Shown: one piece after another, positions 8,827 to 16,937 of the stretch | How the letters are laid out: each line of letters opens with the position of its first letter | Position numbering within the stretch: the stretch's first letter is position 1 | Assembly: GCA_038227875.1 (NCBI GenBank) | Contig: JBBRPR010000012.1 | Location: forward strand, 1 to 64,000 | Source: Planctomycetota bacterium | GTDB taxonomy: Bacteria > Planctomycetota > SZUA-567 > H5-PLA8 | Reading direction: 5' to 3' | Length of the DNA: 64,000 nt | Notes under the pieces: generated by a model | What the model saw: the letters and a program-made list of their open reading frames with translations, nothing else | What the model was told of the DNA's origin: nothing | Database searches by the model: none | Position numbers and translations under genes: made by a program

Positions 8827-9954
8827 CTACTTCTTTGCCTTCTTGCCAGGTAACTTCACCTCGATCGTCTGCGTCCCGGAACCCGTGATCGTGACTGACT
8901 TGCGCGAGAGCACCTTGCCGCCCTTGCGAATGGTGATCTTCGCTTTTCCAGCGGGCAGGCCGCGCAGCGCGACCGTTTTGTTGGCGCCCTTGATCGTTGT
9001 CTTGAAGTGGTAGACCTTGTGTTGCTTCTTCGGCTTACCCTTGGTTGTGGTTGAGGTGCTCGTAGTGGTGGGCGTGGTGCTCGTCAGTGAGCCGGTGGGT
9101 GTGGTGTTCGCCGGCGTGGTGACGACTTCGTCGATGTCGCATTCCTTGTCGTCGTTGTCGTCTTCGCCGCTGAGGTTCAGGTTGATGCCGGTGTCCTGAT
9201 GTTTGACCTTGATCCCGACGGCGGTCAACGGTTTCTGATCGGACTTCAAGAAGACGGTGACTTCATCGCCGACCAGGAGCGTTTTGAGGTCGACCAGCGA
9301 CGTGGTCGCGTTGCCGTTGCTGCTGAGGGTGCTGATGGTCAGTCCGAGGACGGTGAGCGTCGAGGCCGAGGTGTCGACGGCCTGCACGGGACCCTGCACG
9401 AAAATGCTGCTGTTGTAGCCGCCCACGAGACGTCCATTGAGCGCCTGCAACGGCGGCTGATCGCTGACGAGTCCCAGACGCACGGTCAGGCCGACGATGC
9501 TCGCGCAAGGCGTGCCGCCACCATCGCCATCTCCCTGGTCTTCGTTATCATTCCCGTCATCGCCTTGACTGTTGCCATCTCCATTACCATTACCGCCGTG
9601 ATGACGGGATGTGCTGGTGCTCGTACTGGTGCTTGTGCTTGTGCTCGTACTTGTTCCAGTTCCAGTTCCGGTGCCAGTTCCAGTCCCCGTACCGGTTCCT
9701 GTCCCAGTGCTGGTACTTGTTTTGGGATTCGTGACCAGTTTGCTGACGTCAATGGTGAGGCCGAGAATCTGTACGGTCGGCGGCGTGGCGGTGCAGTTGA
9801 CGGCCTGAACGGGACCTTGGATGGCGGTGCGGATCGCGTTGTCGTGGTCTTCGTCTTCCTCGTGGCCATCGCCTTCGGCGGAGTACGCGAGAGCCAGGCA
9901 CAGGCACGTTCCGGTCACGAGCAGTTTCGAAAGCGTGGAGGCTGGCATCATCAT
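8827..9954 (-). CDS. Secreted protein with two DUF5666-like repeats and Thr-Gly/Thr-Ser linker
   Basis: Signal peptide. Duplicated QGPVQAV...LGLTI motif, (TG)n(TS)n tract, acidic Gly/Asn/Asp tract, basic C-terminus. Confidence 0.65.
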   Translation of the reverse strand: MMMPASTLSKLLVTGTCLCLALAYSAEGDGHEEDEDHDNAIRTAIQGPVQAVNCTATPPTVQILGLTIDVSKLVTNPKTSTSTGTGTGTGTGTGTGTGTGTSTSTSTSTSTSTSTSRHHGGNGNGDGNSQGDDGNDNEDQGDGDGGGTPCASIVGLTVRLGLVSDQPPLQALNGRLVGGYNSSIFVQGPVQAVDTSASTLTVLGLTISTLSSNGNATTSLVDLKTLLVGDEVTVFLKSDQKPLTAVGIKVKHQDTGINLNLSGEDDNDDKECDIDEVVTTPANTTPTGSLTSTTPTTTSTSTTTKGKPKKQHKVYHFKTTIKGANKTVALRGLPAGKAKITIRKGGKVLSRKSVTITGSGTQTIEVKLPGKKAKK

Positions 9955-9999
9955 CGATCTCCTGTGAAGTTAAGCGGTCCCGACTGGCACGGAACGGAA

Positions 10000-10015
10000 A
10001 GCTAACATTGTGCCA
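10000..10015 (-). promoter_or_regulatory. Possible sigma54 (-24/-12) promoter for the 8827-9954 gene
   Basis: Minus strand TGGCAC-AATGT-TAGCT, giving GG-N10-GC, about 45 nt upstream of the start. Confidence 0.35.
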
Positions 10016-10275
10016 CGGGCTGAAATGAAAGATCTGTGGCCGAGATGGGAGTTATGCGAAGCAAGACAGCAAGCTGTGCGTCTGATTTTCAGACGACACT
10101 CGGTTTTCGAACTACAACGTGCGCCCAGAGGTATGGCGCGCGGTGCTCTGTTCACGTGCGCAATTTGCGCGAGGCGGACTCTTCCGCTAGATTTTGCGAA
10201 CCTTTGGGCCGGCTCGACGGTTAGGATTGAATGGGCATTCGGCCCGAAGCAGGGTGTTTAAGGCGGAGAATTGAC

Positions 10276-12444
10276 ATGTTAAGTGCAGTACGCAATTGGT
10301 TCTGGCTCCTCGTTTTCCCGCTCGTGTTTTGCGCGTTTCATGCTCAAGCGCAGGCCGCGGCCGATCCGGCGGCAATTCCGCATATCAAAGAATTAATCGC
10401 CAAGCTCAACGCGCCGGACAACATCGACCGTGAAGACGCGGAGAAATCGCTGCTCGAGATCGGCCAGCCGGCGGTGGCGCTGTTGAAGGACGCGACCTCG
10501 GCGCCGGAGCCGGAGATTTCGGCGCGCGCCAAAAAGCTCGTCGCCCTGATGGTCCAGAACGAAGGCAAGCCCGTCAGCAGCTACAGCGAATTGTTTCCCG
10601 CGTCGTCGGTGTTCTTCGCGGAGTCGCCCAATTCCAAGCAGGCGCTCGAGCGCCTGAAGCCGTCGCCTCTCGGCCGCTTCTGGGAATTGCCGCAGTCGCA
10701 GAAATACTTCAAAGCGCATTACGACGCGCAGACGGACACCGACAAGAAGGTGCTCGATGCCATTCAGGAAATCGTGAAGCTCAGCGACGGCAAATCGCTG
10801 CTGGCGTTCGGCGATCCGGAGACGGCTGAAGCCACGGAAATCGATCCGCCCATGGTCTACGCGCTGGAGAGCAAGCAGGCGCACGCGCTGGAACTGCAGA
10901 TCCGCGCGCTGCTGCAGGCGATGAACGATCCGGCGCGGAGCGTCCGCCGTTTCGGGCCGTTCTCGATCGAAGAGCAGATCAGCGCGCAGACGGTCTTCAC
11001 GGCCGAAGGCATGATCCACTCGTTGACGCAGATGGGCATCGAGAGCGTGCTCGAAAAATACACGACCAAGCCCAAGCAACCGCTCACGGCTGAACTGGCG
11101 CAGGTCCGCGCGCTGATGCCGGGCTACGATCTGCTGTTTCACTTCAAGCATTCCAGTCTCAATCTGCTGGCCGACGCCGGTCAGCTGATCGACGAAGACA
11201 TGATTCGCACTCTGAATACGGCCGGTTTTGTGGAAGGCAGCGAATTTCAGGCGGTGCTCTCGCCCAACGGCGATGGCATCGAAGAGCACGGCCGGATCCT
11301 GGTCGCGGGCGGCGACAAGAACGACGGACTGCTGGGTGTGCTGAAGTCGATGGAAGTGACGCCGCCGGCCGCCAACGCGCCGCAGGCGCTGGATCTGATT
11401 CCGTGGCAGACGGCGATTCTCTATTCGTTCCAGGGCGACGTGGCCAAGAACAGCGCGGCGCTCTCGAAGGCGCTGAAAGCGCTCGACGCCGTCGGCGCGC
11501 CAGAGAACAACGATCCGATGAAGGGCACGCCGACGCCGGTGGCTCCGAAAGAACGCGCGGTGAAAAATCCGCTCAAGCCCGACGCCAACAAGGGCGGCGC
11601 GAAAACCAATCTGCCGAAAGACGGACCTGAAAAGCCGAACACCCTCGGTGGCGAAGCACTGGCCGCGGGCGGCGGAGCTCCAGCCAAGAAGCCGGACGCC
11701 GCGCCTGCCGCTGCTCCGGAAAACAAGCCTGAAGAAGCCAAGGCGTTTTATCCGCACATTCAGCGCTTCGAAAAGCTGGGCGTGAAGGTCGATCAATTTC
11801 TCGAACAGATCGAGGGGCCGGTGCAGCTTGGACTGTTCCTCAATGACATCGGCGAAGAAGTTCCTGAAGTCATGCCGATCACGCCGCTGCTGGCGGTGGT
11901 GTTGAAGGATCCGAAGATCATCGAGCAGTCGCTGGATGCGCTGTCGACGGGCGACAAGCCGCGCTTCAGCAAGGAAGTGCTCAACGGCGGCGTGCATTAC
12001 GTGGAGATCGACGGCGGCGACAACAAGCCGGGATTCTGGCTGAAGAGCAACTACCTGGCGTACTCGACCGAACGCGATCTGCTCGACCTTGCTTCTAAGG
12101 CGCTGGACCACGCGGCCGGCACCGAACGCATGGCCGATCGTCCGAGCTACAAGCAGGAGCTGGCGTCCAAGCGTCTCGATCCGCAGGCGCTGCTGACGAT
12201 TTTCGGCGACGCCGATCAGATGCTGGAGATGCCGTATAAACTCGCGGCGCTGGATTGGAAGCCCGACGGTGCGGTGACGTATCCCGATTACGTCACCGTG
12301 GTGAAACCAATTCTGGCGAACAAGCCGGTCTCGATTCAATTCAAAACGGTAAAGGACGGAATCCAATATTCCGCGCAGACGCCTCTGTCGTTTCTGGGAA
12401 TGATTGAGGCATTTCGGCGGCCGATCAAAGAAGCGGGGCTGTAG
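10276..12444 (+). CDS. Exported protein with N-terminal HEAT-like module and DUF3352-like body
   Basis: ATG at 10276 after GGAG. Signal peptide ending AQA. IKELIAKL...REDAEKSLLEIGQPAVALL...PEISARAKKL module. Confidence 0.6.
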   Translation: MLSAVRNWFWLLVFPLVFCAFHAQAQAAADPAAIPHIKELIAKLNAPDNIDREDAEKSLLEIGQPAVALLKDATSAPEPEISARAKKLVALMVQNEGKPVSSYSELFPASSVFFAESPNSKQALERLKPSPLGRFWELPQSQKYFKAHYDAQTDTDKKVLDAIQEIVKLSDGKSLLAFGDPETAEATEIDPPMVYALESKQAHALELQIRALLQAMNDPARSVRRFGPFSIEEQISAQTVFTAEGMIHSLTQMGIESVLEKYTTKPKQPLTAELAQVRALMPGYDLLFHFKHSSLNLLADAGQLIDEDMIRTLNTAGFVEGSEFQAVLSPNGDGIEEHGRILVAGGDKNDGLLGVLKSMEVTPPAANAPQALDLIPWQTAILYSFQGDVAKNSAALSKALKALDAVGAPENNDPMKGTPTPVAPKERAVKNPLKPDANKGGAKTNLPKDGPEKPNTLGGEALAAGGGAPAKKPDAAPAAAPENKPEEAKAFYPHIQRFEKLGVKVDQFLEQIEGPVQLGLFLNDIGEEVPEVMPITPLLAVVLKDPKIIEQSLDALSTGDKPRFSKEVLNGGVHYVEIDGGDNKPGFWLKSNYLAYSTERDLLDLASKALDHAAGTERMADRPSYKQELASKRLDPQALLTIFGDADQMLEMPYKLAALDWKPDGAVTYPDYVTVVKPILANKPVSIQFKTVKDGIQYSAQTPLSFLGMIEAFRRPIKEAGL

Positions 12445-12446
12445 AG

Positions 12447-12542
12447 CGGCTCTTGGCTCTGGCTCTTGGTAGTCTTGTCGGGCGAAGATGGTGCCGCTGG
12501 TACGGATGAGTTTGAGCGAAGCGAAAACTTAGCCTTACCGTG
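12447..12542. repeat. Second diverged copy of the 8.7-kb palindromic element
   Basis: Aligns to the reverse complement of 8718-8820: GGTGCCGCTGGTACGGATGAGTTTGAGCGAAGCGAAAACTTAGCCTTACC vs GGTGCCACTGGTACGGATAAATCTGAGCGTAGCGAAGATTTATCCTTACC. Confidence 0.8.
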
Positions 12543-12744
12543 CCTAAGCGCCGAACCAAATTATTCTACAAACTACATCCATAAATCCGTGCGGTCTCTT
12601 TTTTCTGCCGTTTTTACCGCGATCCCGGTGTTGGAGGGAAAGCGGTAAAGTATCGGAAGATCAAGAGTTACTGCAGGCATTCTGATCCAGACACAAAAAA
12701 AGCATGATTTATGCACATATAACCGCTGCACATCGGGAAAGGGC

Positions 12745-12773
12745 TTGACAGTTTTTGTAAACTTGGCTACCTT
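12745..12773 (+). promoter_or_regulatory. Putative sigma70 promoter of the 13040-16652 operon
   Basis: TTGACA-N17-TACCTT, implying a leader of about 260 nt. Confidence 0.5.
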
Positions 12774-13039
12774 CCTGTTCCTCTAAGCCCAAGTACTTGG
12801 GCAGTTTCGGACCTACCGGTTGTGGGACGGGTTGGGTCCACAGTTGTGCAGCGGTAAGACCGGAACGAACCGCAGTCAGGACGATCCGGGCCATTCATAC
12901 TAAGATGTGGGGTGGTTTTTAACATTGCGTGACCGGGGTTGTGATTGTCGCGGCGTGTGCCGTTAAAAACCGGGTTTGCCCGGTCCAGGACGATTGTCGC
13001 ATCAGGTCGGTGTAAGTAAGGCGGGGAAAAAGCCCTTCC

Positions 13040-14146
13040 ATGAAAACAGTATCGACCGCAGAACTTGCTCAACGGGTAGCCATGGACCTCGCGGCGCCTG
13101 AAACTCAGACGCGTGCCGTGCTGGATCACGCGATCGATGTGATGAAGCAGGAGTTGCAGCGGGGCAATAACATCGAGCTGCCGCAATTCATCTCCGTCAC
13201 CGTCAAGACCGGTCAGCCGCAGGCCACGCCGACACAGGCGGGCAACACGCTGGGACTGCCGGCGACGCGCCAGATTTCGATGAACCTCGATGAAGCGCTG
13301 CGCAAGGCGATCGAAGGTTCGGGCCTCTACAAAATCCTGCTGGTGGTGCCGCGCAAGAATTTCTTCGTCGGCGTCATGGCCTCCCGCCTGGCCAGCGCGC
13401 GCAGTGAAGTCACGGTGGTCGCCGGCGATCAGGAAGCGCTGGGCGTCCTCGACACCGTCAAACCCGACCTGATCGTTCTCGACGTGGGCCTCACCGGCGG
13501 CGACAAGATCTGCCAGGCGGTGAAGCAGAACAAGAAAACGGCGATGACCGCGATCATCCAGATCTGCTCCGAAGGCCAGGACGGCAGCAAGATCTCGGAA
13601 CTCGCCGCGCTCCCCGACGAACACATCAACGAACCGTTCGAACTGACCGACCTCGTCAAGCTCGCCGAATCCGAACTCAACCGCTTCAGCGAAGAGCGCA
13701 ATTACTTCGACCACGAAATGCGCTTCCGCCTGCAGACCAAGGAAGAGCTGGTGGAGCAGGCCAACGACGTGATCAGCAAGCTGCTGGAACAGTCGGGCCT
13801 GACCAAGGAGGCGATGGAGTCCTGCGCGGTGGCGTTCCGCGAAGCGATCGACAACGCCGCGCGCCACGGCAATCGCAGCAACGAAAACCGCTACGTGGAC
13901 GTGCAGTACCTGCTGGACCGCGAGAAGGTGACCATTGCCGTGACCGACGAAGGCGACGGGTTCGACACCGAAGTCTATCTCAGCCGCGGCGTGACGGGCA
14001 ACCCGGTGGACGCGGCGCGCGAGCGCAACGATGCCGGCGGAGCCGGCGGACTTGGCATCATGCTGATGCTGAAGTGCGTCGACAAGCTGGAGTACAATTA
14101 CGTAGGCAACAAGATCAGTCTGACGCGTTACATCCGAAAGGCTTGA
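13040..14146 (+). CDS. HU/IHF-like domain + atypical receiver domain + RsbW-type (HATPase_c_2) serine kinase / anti-sigma factor
   Basis: aa 1-92 follow the HU pattern (STAELAQRVA...TRAVLDHAIDVMKQELQRGNNIELPQF...LPATRQISMNLDEALRKAI). Receiver KILLVV...KPDLIVLDVGL...HINEPF. Kinase N box EAIDNAARHG, G1 DEGDGF, G2 GGLGI. Confidence 0.8.
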   Translation: MKTVSTAELAQRVAMDLAAPETQTRAVLDHAIDVMKQELQRGNNIELPQFISVTVKTGQPQATPTQAGNTLGLPATRQISMNLDEALRKAIEGSGLYKILLVVPRKNFFVGVMASRLASARSEVTVVAGDQEALGVLDTVKPDLIVLDVGLTGGDKICQAVKQNKKTAMTAIIQICSEGQDGSKISELAALPDEHINEPFELTDLVKLAESELNRFSEERNYFDHEMRFRLQTKEELVEQANDVISKLLEQSGLTKEAMESCAVAFREAIDNAARHGNRSNENRYVDVQYLLDREKVTIAVTDEGDGFDTEVYLSRGVTGNPVDAARERNDAGGAGGLGIMLMLKCVDKLEYNYVGNKISLTRYIRKA

Positions 14147-14153
14147 GGCATCC

Positions 14154-15197
14154 ATGGCAAGCATTGAATTCAGAGTCAAGGTGATCAAATCGCCGGATGG
14201 CACGACCGCCACGCTGGCCGAGGTCGATGGTTCCATCGACGCGTCGACGATCACGCAGTTCCAGCAGGTCATGGATAAGCTCGTCGAGCGCGGTGTGAAA
14301 AACCTGATCCTCGACTGTACGAGCGTCAAGTACATCAATTCAACGGGTCTGGGTACGCTCTTGAAGTACGCCGACACGTTTGAAAGCATCGGCGGCCATA
14401 TCGCGTTCTGCCGCGTGCCCAGCAAAGTGATGCTGGTGATGGAAATGCTCGGCTTCAATGCCCTGTTCAATATCGTCAGCGACGAAGCGACCGCGCTCCG
14501 TTCGTTTGCCGGCAAGCTGGCACCGCCGCCGTCGGTGAGCGTCAAGTCGGCACCGATGAGCCACAGCGCTCCGCCGCCGCCGCCGGTGCACTCCGGCAGC
14601 GCGTCCGGCGCTCCGGCGTATTCGCCGCCGCCTCCGCCGCCGTTGGCTGCCGCGCCGCAGGCGACCGCCCAGTTCCCGACGCAGGCGCCCTGTGCGCGCT
14701 GCCGCGTGACGCTCGATATCCCCGGTGTCGGCAAGTACAAGTGCCCGCGCTGCGGAGCCGTGCTGGCCGTTGAACCGACCGGCCGCGTTCGCTTCTTCGC
14801 TTCCAAGAAGGGCAAGCCGATCAGCATCAGCCTGCCGTCGAATCCGGCCGTGGCCAATTCCGTTGCTGAAATGGCCGGCAAGTGCGCCGAAGCGCTGGGC
14901 TTCAACGGCAATTCGGCCGAGACCATTTCCACGGCCGTCAGCGCGGCCTGTCTCAACGTGATCGAACGCGCCTACGACAACGACGCCAACAACACGTTCC
15001 ACATGCTCATTGTTCCCAACGGTTCGTCGCTGACCATCAAGATCGCCGACTACGGCAAGCCCTTCGATTTCGGCCCCAGCGGCACGATCCAGGGCGACAC
15101 CAAGTTCGCCAAGGTGATCGACACGATGGACACCGTCGAACACCGCCCCAATCCCCGCGGCGGCAATCTGTTGACGATGATCAAGGTGTTGCAGTAG
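14154..15197 (+). CDS. STAS + Pro-rich linker + Zn ribbon + degenerate RsbW-like HATPase fusion
   Basis: STAS with YINSTGLG (phospho-Ser). CARC...CPRC. C-terminal AVSAACLNVIERAY...IADYGKPFD lacks the catalytic Glu and the G2 box. Confidence 0.8.
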   Translation: MASIEFRVKVIKSPDGTTATLAEVDGSIDASTITQFQQVMDKLVERGVKNLILDCTSVKYINSTGLGTLLKYADTFESIGGHIAFCRVPSKVMLVMEMLGFNALFNIVSDEATALRSFAGKLAPPPSVSVKSAPMSHSAPPPPPVHSGSASGAPAYSPPPPPPLAAAPQATAQFPTQAPCARCRVTLDIPGVGKYKCPRCGAVLAVEPTGRVRFFASKKGKPISISLPSNPAVANSVAEMAGKCAEALGFNGNSAETISTAVSAACLNVIERAYDNDANNTFHMLIVPNGSSLTIKIADYGKPFDFGPSGTIQGDTKFAKVIDTMDTVEHRPNPRGGNLLTMIKVLQ

Positions 15198-15290
15198 GAC
15201 TGTGACTGAAAGTGCTTAGTAGCCATGGCTACTAAGCGAGCGTTTGCGACGGTCTGTTAGCGACAGGCACTTGGAATCAGGACTCTTCCC

Positions 15291-16652
15291 ATGGCAGATC
15301 CGACACGACGTTCAACCCGATTCTCAATGCGCTCCAAGCAGATCGGGCAGTTGCTGCTTGAAAACGGCGACGTGCAGTCCGAACAGATTGCCTCGTCGCT
15401 GGAACAGCAGGAACAATCCGGCGGAATGATCGGCCAGATTCTCCAGAACAACGGTTTCTGTTCGGCCGAAGCGATCGCCGCCGCGCTGCTCAAGCAGGTC
15501 CAGGTCACCGACATCCGCTGCGACGAACTGACCGTGCAGCCCGACGTGGCCGAACTGGTCAGCCGTGAATTCTGCGAAGCCGAAAAGCTCTGCCCCTTCG
15601 AACGTCTCGGCACGCTGGTCTGCGTCGTGATGGGCAACCCGCTCAACCGCCGCGCGATTTCGCAGATCGAACAGAACACGCACTTCAAGGTCAAGTCGTT
15701 CAAGTCGGTCTGGCCCAAGATCAAGGAATTGATCGAACGGACCTACGACGCCCAACCTGCCGAAGGCGGTGAAATTCAGCTCGAAGGTGGACAGCAGCAG
15801 GAATTCGACATCGACGCGCCGGTGATCGAACTGCCCGCGCCGCCGCAGGAAGATTCGCTGCTGGGCGAGCCCGAACAGCCCATGGAAATCCAGGAACCCG
15901 AGCCGGTTCCGCAGCCGCGCGCTCAGCCGGCCGCGCGCATCCACCGCCCGGCTCCGCCGCCGCAGGCTCCTGATCTCAAGATCAAGGGCATCGACGACCT
16001 CAACGAAGACAACGCCGAAGTCATCGAGACCAACCGCCGCGGACTCAACGCGCGCCCGCGCCAGACGCCCGCTGATGAACCCGCGCCGCGCCCCAAGCCG
16101 GTGAAGGTGGCGAAGGTCAACATCGACCTCGAAAATTTCGACATCAACAGCGGCGAAGTGGTGAAGACTGGCGGCATCGACGACGACGCGAATCTCGAAG
16201 AGATCGCGTTCGACGGCGTGACGCACCCGGTTCCGCTGAAGGTGGTGCACGACAGCTACTTCTTCGAAAACGGCAAAGCACCGCTGGGCGAACGCTCCGA
16301 CGAACTGCTGCTGATCATCGGCGAATTGGCCGTGGCAACGACCGTGGCGCAGTCGATCGGCGAACTGCGCGAACAGCAGGCCGCCAACCCGGTGAAGCCG
16401 CCGAAAGCCCCGGCCCGCACCTCGACAGCCGGCGCTCAGGCCGTGGCCGCTGCAGCAGCGTCCGCGACCGCCGTGGCCGATCGCCCCTTGGAACTGCAGC
16501 CCAGTCCCGTGGCGGTGATGCAGGCCGTGCCGATCCCCGAAATCGAATTCCAGCGCTTCACCCAGAAGCTCGGCGAAGACCCGGTCGGCGAGTGGGACTG
16601 GCAGTTCGCCGCATCGGGCCCGATCGCGGTGACGGCGTACGAAGAGAATTGA
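15291..16652 (+). CDS. MshEN/GspE N-terminal domain protein without ATPase, with acidic/Pro-rich tail
   Basis: Tandem motifs QIGQLLLENGDV...IASSLEQQ and MIGQILQNNGFC...IAAALLKQ, then LCPFER...VVMGNPLN...IKELIERTY. No Walker A motif. Confidence 0.8.
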   Translation: MADPTRRSTRFSMRSKQIGQLLLENGDVQSEQIASSLEQQEQSGGMIGQILQNNGFCSAEAIAAALLKQVQVTDIRCDELTVQPDVAELVSREFCEAEKLCPFERLGTLVCVVMGNPLNRRAISQIEQNTHFKVKSFKSVWPKIKELIERTYDAQPAEGGEIQLEGGQQQEFDIDAPVIELPAPPQEDSLLGEPEQPMEIQEPEPVPQPRAQPAARIHRPAPPPQAPDLKIKGIDDLNEDNAEVIETNRRGLNARPRQTPADEPAPRPKPVKVAKVNIDLENFDINSGEVVKTGGIDDDANLEEIAFDGVTHPVPLKVVHDSYFFENGKAPLGERSDELLLIIGELAVATTVAQSIGELREQQAANPVKPPKAPARTSTAGAQAVAAAAASATAVADRPLELQPSPVAVMQAVPIPEIEFQRFTQKLGEDPVGEWDWQFAASGPIAVTAYEEN

Positions 16653-16660
16653 AGGGCTAA

Positions 16661-16921
16661 TTAATCGTAATCCAGTCCCTTGATATATTGCGAGGGACTG
16701 CACCATCCTGAAATGTAATCCAGTATCTCAACGACAATGTCTTCATCCTCTTCGCGATTTTGCTCGCGAAATCTCAGCGCTGCGTCAGAGAATATCTGTT
16801 CGATCTGTTTGCGATTATTTTTGAGGTCGATTAATTCTTGAACGAGGCCGTGCAAATTATTGATTCGACTGCGCCGGTCTTTTGGACTCAGCGCAACTTC
16901 TAACGCAGCACCTATACTCAT
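16661..16921 (-). CDS. Small low-GC hypothetical protein
   Basis: 86-aa helical ORF with EDIVVEILDYISGWCSP. Clearly more AT-rich than its neighbours. Confidence 0.6.
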   Translation of the reverse strand: MSIGAALEVALSPKDRRSRINNLHGLVQELIDLKNNRKQIEQIFSDAALRFREQNREEDEDIVVEILDYISGWCSPSQYIKGLDYD

Positions 16922-16937
16922 TGCATTCGGCTGGAGT

